Shown here piece after piece: positions 7,278-17,428 of a DNA stretch of 64,000 nucleotides; positions within the stretch are counted from its first letter, which is position 1, and each line of letters opens with the position of its first letter. The notes under the pieces were generated by a model. The model saw only the letters and a list, made by a program, of their open reading frames with translations. It was not told the origin of the DNA and ran no database searches. Both the position numbers and the translations under genes were made by a program. This stretch comes from a phage, in sequence record PZ534534.1; one strand, written 5' to 3'.

Positions 7278-8834
7278 GTGTCCAAAAAGAACCGCAGGAA
7301 ACACAACGCCACAGCCAAAACTGTGAATAAATCTGGGAACGCAGGCGCACCAACTCATAATGTTCGTATGAGTGAGATCGGTTCTGGCGCACTTTCCCAA
7401 ATTATGGCAGAATCGCAATCTATGATGGTTGAGGAATTGCGTTGGCCTCAGCTGATTGCCACAGTGGAGACTATGAAATGTGATTCCACAGTTGCTACTG
7501 CCTTAGATACAAAATATGTTTTCATCACGAAAGCATTCAATGATTTTAAGATCCTTTATAATGTTAAAAGTGAAGACTCTAAGAAAGCTGCCGAGCTTAT
7601 AGAGTATTCTTTGCGTAATTTGGCAAACCAACAAACTCTTCGAGATATTGCAAGAAGCGCAGCTACCTTTAACGAGTATGGTTTTTCACTGTTTGAGAAA
7701 GTATACCGCAGAGAGAAAGAAGGTAAATATGCCGGGATGCTTCTTATTGATAAAATTGCATTCCGACCTCAGGCCAGCCTGTCCAGATCAGAGCCGTTTG
7801 TTTTTGACAAGAATAGTAGAACACTGACAGGTATTTATCAGTCACCTAATGCATTTCTAAACACTCAGAATGCACGCTGGGCTGGACCTCTTGCTGCAAT
7901 GCCTTCAAAAGGCTTTAATGAGCCTGAAATTTTCATCCCTGCTAAAAAGCTTATGCTCATGACCCTGTCAGGAACAGAATCTAACCCTGCAGGTGTGTCA
8001 CCGATGATAGGTTGCTACAGATCTTTCCGTGAGAAAGTTCTGATTGAAAACCTTGAGGTTGTTGGCTGTTCCAAAGACCTTGGTGGCGTGCTTGAGCTGA
8101 AAATTCCTTCCAATATTTTGAACAAGGCCAGCATTGACCCGAATTCAATGGAAGGGAGAATGGTTGCAGACCTTATGCTTGACGCAGCAAACGCCCATAG
8201 TGGTGAGCAAAGTTTCTTTATACTTCCGTCTGATAGAGATAAGTCTGGTAAAGAGCTTTACTCCATGACCCTGAAGGGGGTTGATGGTATGGGTAAGCAG
8301 TATTCGACTAAAGATTTGATTGATGCCCGTAAGAAGGCGATTCTTGACCGTTTCGGTGCTGGCTTTATTAACCTCGGTAACGATAACGTTGGATCCTTCT
8401 CTCTGTCTGAGTCAAAACAGTCTATCCATGGTCATTTTGTTCAGCGTGATATAGATATTATCACTGAAGCCTTCAATAAGGATCTTATTCCACAGCTTCT
8501 GGCATTGAATGGTATCATCCTTGAAGATGATGATATGCCTAAACTGAAACCTGGTCTGATTGAAGAGGTGGACATGGAGAGCTTCTCCAAATTTGTCCAG
8601 AGGATCGGTGCTGTAGGTTACTTGCCAAAAACTCCTGCAGTAATTAATAAGATTCTTGAAGTAGGCGGGTTTGATGAAAGATTTGACGAGGACATGGATC
8701 AGGAAGAGCTGATGAAGCTCTTGGGCCAGGACATCAGTAGGGCTGGTGATGGAATGGCTGCAGGATCCACTGGTAACGGCACTTCTAAGATGTCATCAAC
8801 CAGAGATAATTCCATATCCAACATGGAAAATTAA
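7278..8834 (+). CDS. portal protein (putative)
   Basis: 518-aa protein immediately downstream of the terminase, conserved portal position and size; GTG start with GAGGGG RBS. Confidence 0.65.
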   Translation: MSKKNRRKHNATAKTVNKSGNAGAPTHNVRMSEIGSGALSQIMAESQSMMVEELRWPQLIATVETMKCDSTVATALDTKYVFITKAFNDFKILYNVKSEDSKKAAELIEYSLRNLANQQTLRDIARSAATFNEYGFSLFEKVYRREKEGKYAGMLLIDKIAFRPQASLSRSEPFVFDKNSRTLTGIYQSPNAFLNTQNARWAGPLAAMPSKGFNEPEIFIPAKKLMLMTLSGTESNPAGVSPMIGCYRSFREKVLIENLEVVGCSKDLGGVLELKIPSNILNKASIDPNSMEGRMVADLMLDAANAHSGEQSFFILPSDRDKSGKELYSMTLKGVDGMGKQYSTKDLIDARKKAILDRFGAGFINLGNDNVGSFSLSESKQSIHGHFVQRDIDIITEAFNKDLIPQLLALNGIILEDDDMPKLKPGLIEEVDMESFSKFVQRIGAVGYLPKTPAVINKILEVGGFDERFDEDMDQEELMKLLGQDISRAGDGMAAGSTGNGTSKMSSTRDNSISNMEN

Positions 8835-8901
8835 AAATTATCAACACAGGGGGTTGCAAAACCTCCTTTGGCGTGATAAAATAATCCACATGGGGAATAA
8901 G

Positions 8902-9321
8902 ATGCCACAGGAAGAAATGATTTCCTACGAAATCATCTACGAGCCTGACACTAAAGATGCTCACGGTGAGTGGATGAGTAAAGACACCATCAAAAAGGCT
9001 AAAGATAACTGGGACGCAGCATACGCCGCAGGCCTAGTTTCTGAAAACCTTTTTCACTTGACCTCTACAGATGCTTTCACTATTGAAAAGACGTGGATTC
9101 AAGAAGAGTTTGATGTTGTAGTAATTGGCACTGAGCAGGTCATCAAGGCTGGCTCTTGGGTTGCTAAAGTTAAATACAATAATCCTGAACTATGGGAAGC
9201 TAAGAAGGCTGGCATTGTTGGTGGCCTAAGCATTCAGGCAACAGGTAATGTTGATGAAGAAACTGGTGAAATTACCAACGTAAACTTCGGAATCAGTGTT
9301 GTAGAAGAGGGCAATGAATAA
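8902..9321 (+). CDS. hypothetical head morphogenesis protein
   Basis: About 139-aa ORF between portal and scaffold; start codon uncertain (ORF track 8746). Confidence 0.35.
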   Translation: MPQEEMISYEIIYEPDTKDAHGEWMSKDTIKKAKDNWDAAYAAGLVSENLFHLTSTDAFTIEKTWIQEEFDVVVIGTEQVIKAGSWVAKVKYNNPELWEAKKAGIVGGLSIQATGNVDEETGEITNVNFGISVVEEGNE

Positions 9322-10298
9322 TGTCTGAAAAAACGATTACTATTAAAGAGAAGGGGATTGCCCTGTGCCATAAGGCGCAAGGCTATAGCGCTAACAACAG
9401 ACCTGTATCTCTTTTAATGAAGAGTGATCTTAAGCCTGAGCAGTTAACAGACGACATTGTTAAGGCACTTCGCCAAGTTACTGTGGAGCTTAGTTTTGAA
9501 GAATACCTGCGTCGTTTCTTCGATATGTGGTATGATGATGCTAAAGCACTTGCACACATGCTTGGTTTTGAGATTGAAGAGGAGGCTTGGGCTAAAGAGC
9601 ATCCTGATTGGGAATGGGCGCAAGCTGACGCAGAGTCTTGTATTGCATGGCTGGAAGAGCGTTGTGATAACGTGACCATTCATAAAGCTGCAAAAGAAGG
9701 CAAGCAGCTTAGTGTGGTAGATCAATACAGCCTGTTAAAAACACAACAGATTTTTGAACAAGTAACCGCTGATCTCTTCGATAAAGAAGGGAACCTGATC
9801 AAGGCGGTACAGGAACCTGCTGAGGTGGATAAAACTACCGAGGTGGATGATGTTGCAAAATCCGCAAATACCGAGGAGAATCCGGTGGACGTAACCAAAA
9901 CTAAAGAGTATCTGGATCTGCTGAAGCAAGTAGAAGAGCTGAAAGCAACCCAGAGTAAAGCTGAAGAAATCATCAAGGCCCAGGTTGAAGTTGAAAAAGC
10001 TAAAATGCTGACTAAGGCTCAAGCTTTAAGCTTTGTTGGTGAAGAAGATCACGCAACCCTGGTTAACTTCATGCTGGAAAAAGCTAACGAACCTATCGTA
10101 GCTATGCTGGAGAAAGCTCAAGCAAAAATTGAAGAGCTGGAAGCAGAGGTGCATAAAACTAAAGAAGAGTTTGCCACCACTGAACATGGTAATGATGGCG
10201 AACCTGTTGTGGATGATATTGCGAAATCCGCAGAAGAAATTCTTGCTGAAAACGTTGCAAAAGCACTTGCTCGTGCACGTGCAGAATCTAACAAATAA
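9321..10298 (+). CDS. scaffolding protein (putative)
   Basis: 325 aa, highly acidic, Ala/Glu/Lys-rich predicted coiled coil, located just upstream of decoration/capsid genes. Confidence 0.5.
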   Translation: MSEKTITIKEKGIALCHKAQGYSANNRPVSLLMKSDLKPEQLTDDIVKALRQVTVELSFEEYLRRFFDMWYDDAKALAHMLGFEIEEEAWAKEHPDWEWAQADAESCIAWLEERCDNVTIHKAAKEGKQLSVVDQYSLLKTQQIFEQVTADLFDKEGNLIKAVQEPAEVDKTTEVDDVAKSANTEENPVDVTKTKEYLDLLKQVEELKATQSKAEEIIKAQVEVEKAKMLTKAQALSFVGEEDHATLVNFMLEKANEPIVAMLEKAQAKIEELEAEVHKTKEEFATTEHGNDGEPVVDDIAKSAEEILAENVAKALARARAESNK

Positions 10299-10318
10299 GA
10301 CATTAACGGGGGAAATAA

Positions 10319-10708
10319 ATGATTACCGCTCAATATTCTGATATCGTGCTCGGCAAAGTTGATTCTAGCGATGCTGGCTACAATTTTAAAGAGATGGAAA
10401 TTACACTGACAGAGCACCACCATGCGGGTACTGTTGTAACAAAAACTGGCACTATCGCTAACGATGATGGCTCAGACGTTTATGGTGTTCTTGTAGACCG
10501 AGCTTTGGTAAAAGATGCAGGAAAAGTTCATCTTGCTGAGCCTCTGCAAACAGGTCAGAAATATAAACTGGTTGTTGCAGTTCACGGTGTTACCTTTGCA
10601 AAAGATAAGCTGCTGGGGTCTAACGGTGAAGCAGCTAAGCAGGCTGTTCTTGAAAAGCTGGAAGCTCTGGGTAACAAAGTTCACGTCCAGACTCTTGGTG
10701 AAGAGTAA
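10319..10708 (+). CDS. head decoration-like protein (putative)
   Basis: 129-aa protein directly before the major capsid gene, lambda D-like position; strong RBS. Confidence 0.35.
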   Translation: MITAQYSDIVLGKVDSSDAGYNFKEMEITLTEHHHAGTVVTKTGTIANDDGSDVYGVLVDRALVKDAGKVHLAEPLQTGQKYKLVVAVHGVTFAKDKLLGSNGEAAKQAVLEKLEALGNKVHVQTLGEE

Positions 10709-10756
10709 GTCCTAAATTGTTCGGGAAAATATTTAAGTTTTACTTTGGAGAAATAA

Positions 10757-11767
10757 ATGATTACTCGTAAAGATGAATTTGGCATTGTTGATTTAGGTGC
10801 TACTCTGGACCTTGTTCCACGTCAATTCCGCCTGATTACTGGTATGGATCTGTTCGAAACCCGTCTCGGCACCTCAACAATTGCTCAGATTGAGCGTGTT
10901 GATGAAGTTGTAACCGACATTCCGGCACGCCGTCGTGGTGGTGAGCGTAACTACGTTGGTAGTGAACGTGCTCAGGTTAAAAACCTGAACATCCCGTTCT
11001 TCCCTCTGGACAAAGGCATCACCGCAGCAGATGTTCAGAACTTCCGTCGTTACTTCACCCCTGATGCTCCGAAAACTGTTCAGGACGTAGTAACCCGCGT
11101 TGTTCGCCGTATCCGTGTTTCTCATGAAGCACTGCGTGAGAAAGCGCTGTTCCAGGCTATTCTGGGTAAATCCTATGCACCTGGTGACACAACCTGTCAG
11201 TATGACTACTACACTCTGTGGGGCGTAGATCAGAAATCTGTAGAAATCGATCCAGCAAAAGCAGATCAGGACCCGATGGAAGTTCTGGAAGACGCTCGTC
11301 TGCATATCGCCCTGCAAGCTGGTGACAACGCTGCTGGCTACCGTATCGTGGCTCTGTGCTCTCCTGAGTTCTTCAGTGCAATCACTCACCACCCTCTGGT
11401 AGAGCTGGCATACACCTACTACGGCTCTGCTCAGGAACCTCTGCGTCGTCGTCTGGGTGCTGGCGGTCAGGACAGCGTTTATCGTGTGTTCGAACATAAA
11501 GGTATCACCTTTATCGAAGATATCTCTGGCAATATTCCTAAGAAAGAAGCTCGCATTCTGCCGATGGGTATTGATCAGATGTTCCAGCTGCACTTTGCTC
11601 CGGCAGACGATGTTAACGAAGCAAATACTCCAGCACAGGAACTGTATATGTGGTATAAACACTCTGCATACCTGCGTGAAGAGAAGATTGAATCTGAAAC
11701 TTCTATGCTGGCAGTTAACACCCGTCCGGAGCTGGTTGTTAAAGTAACTCTGAAAAACGGTGGCTAA
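10757..11767 (+). CDS. major capsid protein (putative, lambda E-like position)
   Basis: 336 aa; gene order portal-scaffold-decoration-capsid; strongly biased high-expression codon usage; followed by a strong terminator. Confidence 0.7.
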   Translation: MITRKDEFGIVDLGATLDLVPRQFRLITGMDLFETRLGTSTIAQIERVDEVVTDIPARRRGGERNYVGSERAQVKNLNIPFFPLDKGITAADVQNFRRYFTPDAPKTVQDVVTRVVRRIRVSHEALREKALFQAILGKSYAPGDTTCQYDYYTLWGVDQKSVEIDPAKADQDPMEVLEDARLHIALQAGDNAAGYRIVALCSPEFFSAITHHPLVELAYTYYGSAQEPLRRRLGAGGQDSVYRVFEHKGITFIEDISGNIPKKEARILPMGIDQMFQLHFAPADDVNEANTPAQELYMWYKHSAYLREEKIESETSMLAVNTRPELVVKVTLKNGG

Positions 11768-11791
11768 TCACTAAGGTGATTCATCCCATAC

Positions 11792-11821
11792 GGGGAGGGG
11801 GTTCTCCCCTCCCCTTTTTAT
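11792..11821 (+). terminator. rho-independent terminator
   Basis: Perfect hairpin GGGGAGGGGgttcTCCCCTCCCC followed by TTTTTATTT. Confidence 0.75.
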
Positions 11822-11847
11822 TTATTAGGGTTTAACAGGAGTGTCCC

Positions 11848-12675
11848 GTGAAGAGAGCCGTATATCCAGTTGAGTATGATCCTCTATTAAGAGTTTTCAA
11901 CAATCAGTTAAGTTTTTATCAATTTTTAGCACAATACAATCCAGAAATCAATGTTGGTTTATCAGCTCTTCTGCCACCAACAGAATTCGTTATTGGCAGT
12001 GTTCACTATCCATGCAGAACGATTGTAGACTTCTTCCAGAAGATTGCAAAACACACAGGCCTGCCAATTGATACTGGTATTTCAACTATCCGTATGGGTG
12101 TTATTCTTCTGTTCTTCACAGAGAACCTTGATGAAAGCACTTTAACACTGCAAAGCGGGGATGTCAATATCACACTAACTCCTTCAGTGTTTAAAGAGGT
12201 AGATGCTGCTTTCCAAGTTTCCGTGGCAGAGGGCCATCTATGGGACCCTGTAGGGATGCCTAAAAAAGTGACCATAAACGATGAGCAATGCAACATTGTT
12301 TATGAAGAAGATACCCAAACTTTCACCATTGAGTGGCCTAAGAAACGTTCTCAGGTTGTAAATCTTGGACTGGTCTCTACGATAGCTCCACCGCCTGAAC
12401 CAGAGCCGGAGCCGCCTGTAGGTCCTACTGAACCTGGTGGTGACGGTGAAGTTACTGTAGCAGATCCGCAAGATGTGACTGTATCCTCTTCCTCATTTGT
12501 AGCCATTGAGAATAAGGATGAAATCCTTAAACAGGCCGCAGCTCTTAACAACGAAGATGACAAAAGTGGTTCAAAAGATGCACTTCAAGCCTTCGCTAAA
12601 GAGTACGGTGTTACCTTAAGTAAGGCAAAAACTTTCCAAAATATGATGAAAGATTTTGAGGCTGCACTGGCATAA
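11848..12675 (+). CDS. hypothetical head/neck structural protein with Pro-rich linker
   Basis: 275 aa, GTG start with AGGAG RBS; PPPEPEPEPP linker. Confidence 0.4.
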   Translation: MKRAVYPVEYDPLLRVFNNQLSFYQFLAQYNPEINVGLSALLPPTEFVIGSVHYPCRTIVDFFQKIAKHTGLPIDTGISTIRMGVILLFFTENLDESTLTLQSGDVNITLTPSVFKEVDAAFQVSVAEGHLWDPVGMPKKVTINDEQCNIVYEEDTQTFTIEWPKKRSQVVNLGLVSTIAPPPEPEPEPPVGPTEPGGDGEVTVADPQDVTVSSSSFVAIENKDEILKQAAALNNEDDKSGSKDALQAFAKEYGVTLSKAKTFQNMMKDFEAALA

Positions 12676-12683
12676 TTTTGTTA

Positions 12684-12718
12684 AGGCCCCTTCCAAATCA
12701 GGAATGGGGCTTTATTTT
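12684..12718 (+). terminator. putative terminator
   Basis: Imperfect hairpin GGCCCCTTCC...GGAATGGGGC followed by TTTATTTTT. Confidence 0.4.
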
Positions 12719-12734
12719 TACGAGGTATTTTCAA

Positions 12735-13355
12735 ATGGCATGGTATGAAGATGAAGAGATTATCCCGTCACCGCCTAACCATGATGGTGTAGTCGATACC
12801 CCAGAAGAACCACCAAAAGAAGATCCTGTACCTCCGGAACCTGATCCAGACCAACCTCTTATTAATATTATGAGGTTGTTACTTGGCAATGTTGATGAGG
12901 AAACCCTCCCTGATGAGGTAATTAAAACATTCCTTGACATGGAGAAGTTGAAACTAAATTATCCGGCAGATCCTGATAAGCTGCCCCTGCTTAAGTACAA
13001 TGTGCTTGTGCAGCTTGTGCGGTGGCTGATGATGCAGGAAGTGTCCAGTGGTAATGCAAGTATAACTTCCCGTCTGGAAAAAATAGGTGATGAGACCATA
13101 GAGATTCGTGGTGGATCTTCCTACGCCCAATGGAAGGATTTCCTTGATTGGCTGCTGGCACACCCAGACTATGTAGATTCTGAGCTAGATGCTTACAGCA
13201 GAATGATTATCATTGGTGGTGTTCGTGTAGACGAAGGAATTCGGGTTAAATTTAATGAAAACAGCAACGGACCGTTCGATGTCCAGGGGATTACACCTAT
13301 CAGTGGTCTAAATAACCAACCTCCTCGCCACCCAAGACGCAAACGCAGTTTTTAA
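12735..13355 (+). CDS. hypothetical structural protein (neck/head completion candidate)
   Basis: ATG at 12735 with GAGG RBS; acidic Pro-rich N-terminus. Confidence 0.4.
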   Translation: MAWYEDEEIIPSPPNHDGVVDTPEEPPKEDPVPPEPDPDQPLINIMRLLLGNVDEETLPDEVIKTFLDMEKLKLNYPADPDKLPLLKYNVLVQLVRWLMMQEVSSGNASITSRLEKIGDETIEIRGGSSYAQWKDFLDWLLAHPDYVDSELDAYSRMIIIGGVRVDEGIRVKFNENSNGPFDVQGITPISGLNNQPPRHPRRKRSF

Positions 13356-13361
13356 AAATTG

Positions 13362-13390
13362 TTGCTTTTGATGTATCTTTGTGGTAAAAT
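13362..13390 (+). promoter_or_regulatory. sigma70-like promoter (TTGCTT-17-TAAAAT, TGGTAAAATA family)
   Basis: -10 TAAAAT preceded by TGG; 17-nt spacer. Confidence 0.45.
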
Positions 13391-13408
13391 ACATTAGTGA
13401 GGGATATA

Positions 13409-13867
13409 ATGCTAAAGGTTAAATGTCAAACAAGGTTCAACCTAAAGCGTTTAGATCGCTTCTACAAAGAACTTGTGAGACTTGAAAGTAAAACAATAAC
13501 CTACGGCTTTTATGACGAACCTCACCCGTCAGGCTTAAATATGGCAACATTGGCAGCCATTCACAACTTCGGTTGGAACGGGCTGCCTGTTCGCAATTTC
13601 ATGGAGACAGCCTTTGCATTTCATAGTACTCAACTACAGACCTTGACAGAAAAATTGTTGAGAGCTATGGCTAGAGGATCAAGTGCAGAGGCTATTCTTA
13701 AGCAGATGGGGGACACAGGGGCCAAAGCTATCCAGTTTGTTATTGAGGCTGGGCAGTTTAGTAATCCTACTGTTAGTGAGCAGTGGGCACAAGAAAAGGG
13801 CTTCAACGAGGCTATGCGGCATTACGATGTGCTGCTTGAATCTGCAACCTTTAAAATCGGACAGTAA
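13409..13867 (+). CDS. hypothetical structural protein
   Basis: ATG at 13409 with GAGGG RBS. Confidence 0.4.
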   Translation: MLKVKCQTRFNLKRLDRFYKELVRLESKTITYGFYDEPHPSGLNMATLAAIHNFGWNGLPVRNFMETAFAFHSTQLQTLTEKLLRAMARGSSAEAILKQMGDTGAKAIQFVIEAGQFSNPTVSEQWAQEKGFNEAMRHYDVLLESATFKIGQ

Positions 13868-13882
13868 AAATAAGGGGGTTGA

Positions 13883-14308
13883 GTGGCAGCAGGTTATAAG
13901 CTGATAGGAAAGAACAGACTAATACCTCGTAAAACATTCAAAGGTCGCCACAGAGTGTATAACAAAACAGTTGGTGGCCCTTTTGCCAACGAGGGGTTAG
14001 AACTTGAGTATGAAGAGTTTGATGTCTTAGAGTGTGTTGTGCAGCCGTTGACAGGAAGGGCAGCTAAAGATTACTCCTCTCAAATAAACCCTGAAGGTGA
14101 CAGACAGTACGAGGCTTTTACAGTTTACTCTTCAACCAAGTTGTATAGTCCGGATGAAGGGACATATGCAATGGCTGATCAAATTCAACTTCCTGACATT
14201 CGTGGTGACTTGAAATGGTTTACCGTTTTAAAATGCGATGCATATGTTACCTCTGGTGGTGGGAGATATAGATTTTTTGTAGTAGAAGAGCCTGAAGGAG
14301 AAAACTGA
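13883..14308 (+). CDS. hypothetical neck/tail completion protein
   Basis: 141 aa; GTG start with AAGGGGG RBS. Confidence 0.4.
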   Translation: MAAGYKLIGKNRLIPRKTFKGRHRVYNKTVGGPFANEGLELEYEEFDVLECVVQPLTGRAAKDYSSQINPEGDRQYEAFTVYSSTKLYSPDEGTYAMADQIQLPDIRGDLKWFTVLKCDAYVTSGGGRYRFFVVEEPEGEN

Positions 14309-14859
14309 TGGAAGCTTTCGAAAAAGTTTTTTCTGATCTTGAAACAACCATTGCTAAGCTCGTCAAGGTTGCCACAGGAAGAACTGTAGTTCTGGCAGAA
14401 AGCTCTACCATACCGAAGCCGGAAGGTGAGTTTGTACTTTTACAAACCTTGGCGATCAATCCCACAACTTGGGAAGATAATGAGTTTCAAGATGCAGAGG
14501 GTAATGCTTACGTCACCCACAGTTACACTGTTACTTATCTGTTAACAGCTTATCGTGGCAGAGCATATGCTGCACTTAGCAGAGTATTGCAAGCAATAAA
14601 CCTTCCAATGTTTTATGACAAGTATTTCCCTCTGGGATCGTGCTTTGCCTACTCTAACAATTCAACAATCTCACCTCAAAGAGTGCCGTTGAATAAGCAG
14701 ACGTATGAAAATAGAGCCACTGTGATGCTGACATTTAACGTAAGGTTTGTTGAAACAGACATTGGGGCTTTTGAGGATCTTCAGGGAATTAAGGCTGAAA
14801 TAACCACACACTTCCCTTCACCCAATTCTGGTAAAGCGGTTACAGACAGTGGTCAGTAA
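14308..14859 (+). CDS. hypothetical tail-associated protein
   Basis: 183 aa, start overlaps the previous stop. Confidence 0.4.
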   Translation: MEAFEKVFSDLETTIAKLVKVATGRTVVLAESSTIPKPEGEFVLLQTLAINPTTWEDNEFQDAEGNAYVTHSYTVTYLLTAYRGRAYAALSRVLQAINLPMFYDKYFPLGSCFAYSNNSTISPQRVPLNKQTYENRATVMLTFNVRFVETDIGAFEDLQGIKAEITTHFPSPNSGKAVTDSGQ

Positions 14860-14931
14860 TCGTTATAATTGTGTAGTGTAATGATTACACTGCGTGTTTG
14901 ATATCCGTGCACAGATATTAAGAGGAAACAA

Positions 14932-16308
14932 ATGCCATATTTAGATAAAGTGGTAGATGTTACAGTTAACCTCGGAACCCAGCCTATTGACACTGTAGGT
15001 TTCGAAACTCCGCTGTTCATCGCTATCCACAACAACTTTACTGAGCGAGCTCGTGTATATGCTGAGCTGGATCAGATGGTGGAAGACGGTTTCGCACAAG
15101 GCTCTGCAGCTTATGAGTTTGCAGCAAAAGCTTTCGGCGGTGTATTCCCTCCGCAGTATGTTATGATCGGCAGACAGGCAAAAGAAAAAACCACTGTAGA
15201 TTTTAAAGGTATTGCTGCCGCAGCTGATACCGATGTCGTAATGACTATTGCAAAAGGTGGCTACAATACTTCTCTGATAGTGCCTATCTCTGGTGGAACA
15301 GGTGCAACTCAGATTGCAGAGTCCATGAAGACTAAAATCGAAGCAGATGATAACTTGGACGATATCACTGTAGCGGCTGAAGACGGTGTTCTCACCATCA
15401 CGGGTGACTGTACTGTTGGTTATCATACTGGTAACTATACAATCAAAAATATCGCCAATGCTGAAAAACCTTCTACAGTAGTTGATAAGATCAATGCTGA
15501 GCGTGACAATTGGTACTTCCTGTGCCATGAAGACCACACCGACATTGAAGCATGTGCGAAGTGGGCTCAGGCTAACTACAAGCTGCATGTCTACTCTACT
15601 GCAGAAGATGTGACTGGCAAAGATAATAACATCGCCACCAAACTGATGGCTGCACAATATGACAGTGTTGGCATGTACGATCCTCGTGCAGATAAGGACT
15701 TCCCGGAGGGTGGTATCATAGGTGCTATGGCATCCAACGATCCGTCTTACGGCGACAGCTTGCACTTAAAACAGATGCCAGGTGTGATTGCACCGTCTCT
15801 GACTTTAACTCAGCGTATGGCTATTTGGGAAAACCACGTTAACTTCTACAGAATGATTAACGGTGTTGGCGCTTTCTGGGAAGGTAAGTGTGCTTCAGGT
15901 CAGTATGCAGACGCTATTCGTTTTGCACACTGGATCAAGTTCAGATCTGAAGAATCTATGTTTGGGTACATGCATCGTCGCTCCAACATGGGTTTAAGCA
16001 TGAAGATGTCTGATGATGATCTTCCGGTTATCAAGTCTGTCCTGATGAACAACCCAATCAACACTGGCATTAAGAATGGTGCGATCCTGACAGGTTTCGA
16101 CGAAGACAATAATGTATTCTACGACCCGATCATCACAGTTCCTAAACGTGCAGAAATCCCAACCAATCAGTTGGCTGCTCGTGTTCTGGAAGGTGTGAAA
16201 GTAGAACTGGTGTATAACAACGCCCTGCACTTCGTCCGTATCCGGATCAACGTCCTTCTGGACAAAGTTGGTTCTAAATCCACCAATGCTGTTGCAATGA
16301 CTGAATAA
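14932..16308 (+). CDS. major tail protein, tail sheath-like (putative)
   Basis: 458 aa, strong RBS, codon-biased; positioned before the tube-like gene, chaperones and tape measure. Confidence 0.5.
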   Translation: MPYLDKVVDVTVNLGTQPIDTVGFETPLFIAIHNNFTERARVYAELDQMVEDGFAQGSAAYEFAAKAFGGVFPPQYVMIGRQAKEKTTVDFKGIAAAADTDVVMTIAKGGYNTSLIVPISGGTGATQIAESMKTKIEADDNLDDITVAAEDGVLTITGDCTVGYHTGNYTIKNIANAEKPSTVVDKINAERDNWYFLCHEDHTDIEACAKWAQANYKLHVYSTAEDVTGKDNNIATKLMAAQYDSVGMYDPRADKDFPEGGIIGAMASNDPSYGDSLHLKQMPGVIAPSLTLTQRMAIWENHVNFYRMINGVGAFWEGKCASGQYADAIRFAHWIKFRSEESMFGYMHRRSNMGLSMKMSDDDLPVIKSVLMNNPINTGIKNGAILTGFDEDNNVFYDPIITVPKRAEIPTNQLAARVLEGVKVELVYNNALHFVRIRINVLLDKVGSKSTNAVAMTE

Positions 16309-16318
16309 GGAAGCCTAG

Positions 16319-16792
16319 ATGGAAACTCAAATTTTAACTCCTTATGCGTATGACCCTAAAAAGGTCAAACTGTATCTGATGCAGCAGCGTGTCACTGGCT
16401 TCGCTGCTGACACCAAGATTGTTGTTTCAAGAAACGAAGACAACATTTATCCTCACGTCGGTGTGGATGGTGAAATGTCTGCGGCTCTGTCCCGTAACCA
16501 ATCCGGTGTTATGACTGTATCTTTGCAGAACACTTCTGTATGGAACGCTTACCTTTCTGACTGGCAGAAACAGGCATCTATTACTGGCCTGGTATTCTTC
16601 CCGGTTCTGCTGGAAGGTAGCCAGGGCCCTGGTATTTCCACAATCGGTTGGATCCAGAAACAGCCTGACCTGACTTACGGAACCGAAGTAGGTCAACTGG
16701 ACTGGGATATCGGTATTCTGGATGCATGGCTCAACCGTGATAACATCACTGGTGCTCTTACTGGCCTCGCAGGTCTTGCAGGTATTATTTAA
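16319..16792 (+). CDS. tail tube-like protein (putative)
   Basis: 157 aa directly after the sheath-like gene and before chaperones; followed by a terminator. Confidence 0.45.
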   Translation: METQILTPYAYDPKKVKLYLMQQRVTGFAADTKIVVSRNEDNIYPHVGVDGEMSAALSRNQSGVMTVSLQNTSVWNAYLSDWQKQASITGLVFFPVLLEGSQGPGISTIGWIQKQPDLTYGTEVGQLDWDIGILDAWLNRDNITGALTGLAGLAGII

Positions 16793-16810
16793 GGGCACAC
16801 TTTAGCATAA

Positions 16811-16837
16811 GCCTCACCTTCGGGTGGGGCTTTTTGC
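16811..16837 (+). terminator. rho-independent terminator
   Basis: Hairpin CCTCACCttcgGGTGGGG followed by CTTTTTGCTTTT. Confidence 0.65.
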
Positions 16838-16882
16838 TTTTATGGTTTTGACACACGTTCTTGAATTGCTTGAAAGGTTAAA

Positions 16883-16911
16883 TTGACAATGCACCATAAT
16901 CATGGTAAAAT
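16883..16911 (+). promoter_or_regulatory. sigma70-like promoter (TTGACA-17-TAAAAT, TGGTAAAATA family)
   Basis: Consensus -35 and -10 with 17-nt spacer upstream of the chaperone gene. Confidence 0.6.
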
Positions 16912-16954
16912 ACACAAATATGGTGCACAACATGACTAATAAGGATGCTATAAA

Positions 16955-17428
16955 ATGGCTATAAACTTTAGACCTACAACAGAGATTGATTTAGCAGGGC
17001 ACAACTTTGTGATCACCCACTGGGGGCCGATGAAAGCAATGAAAAACATGCCTAAAATCGGTAAGATTGTGGCTGTCCCGCTAGGTGCTATCGGTGGATC
17101 TATTCTCTCAGGTGGTCAGAATATGGCAGAGGTCCTTCCTACAGCCCTGGCTTACCTGTTCCAAGAACTTGATGATAACTCCATTGAAGAGCTATTTAAA
17201 ATCTTGTTCGAAGATATTACCGTAGATGGTGTGGATAGGCTTAACCCGGATGTTGTGTTTGCAGGGCATCTGCTGGAGATGATTAAGCTGGCAGGTAAGG
17301 TTCTGGAGGTTAACTACGGCTGTTTTTTCACACAAGACGGTTTAGGAAGCCTTCTGGAGATGTTACAGCAGATGGGTATGATTCAGCAGGTGAACAATCT
17401 GGATCAGACTCCGGAAGAGCAGGAATAA
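16955..17428 (+). CDS. tail assembly chaperone (lambda G-like)
   Basis: 157-aa acidic protein directly upstream of the tape measure gene; contains a slippery heptamer near its 3' end. Confidence 0.6.
   Translation: MAINFRPTTEIDLAGHNFVITHWGPMKAMKNMPKIGKIVAVPLGAIGGSILSGGQNMAEVLPTALAYLFQELDDNSIEELFKILFEDITVDGVDRLNPDVVFAGHLLEMIKLAGKVLEVNYGCFFTQDGLGSLLEMLQQMGMIQQVNNLDQTPEEQE

Noticed and set aside
10874-11662. 262-aa minus-strand ORF antisense to the major capsid gene
   Set aside because: Lies entirely inside a strongly codon-biased + strand gene with clear RBS and terminator; the antisense product is low-complexity, so it is most likely a shadow ORF.
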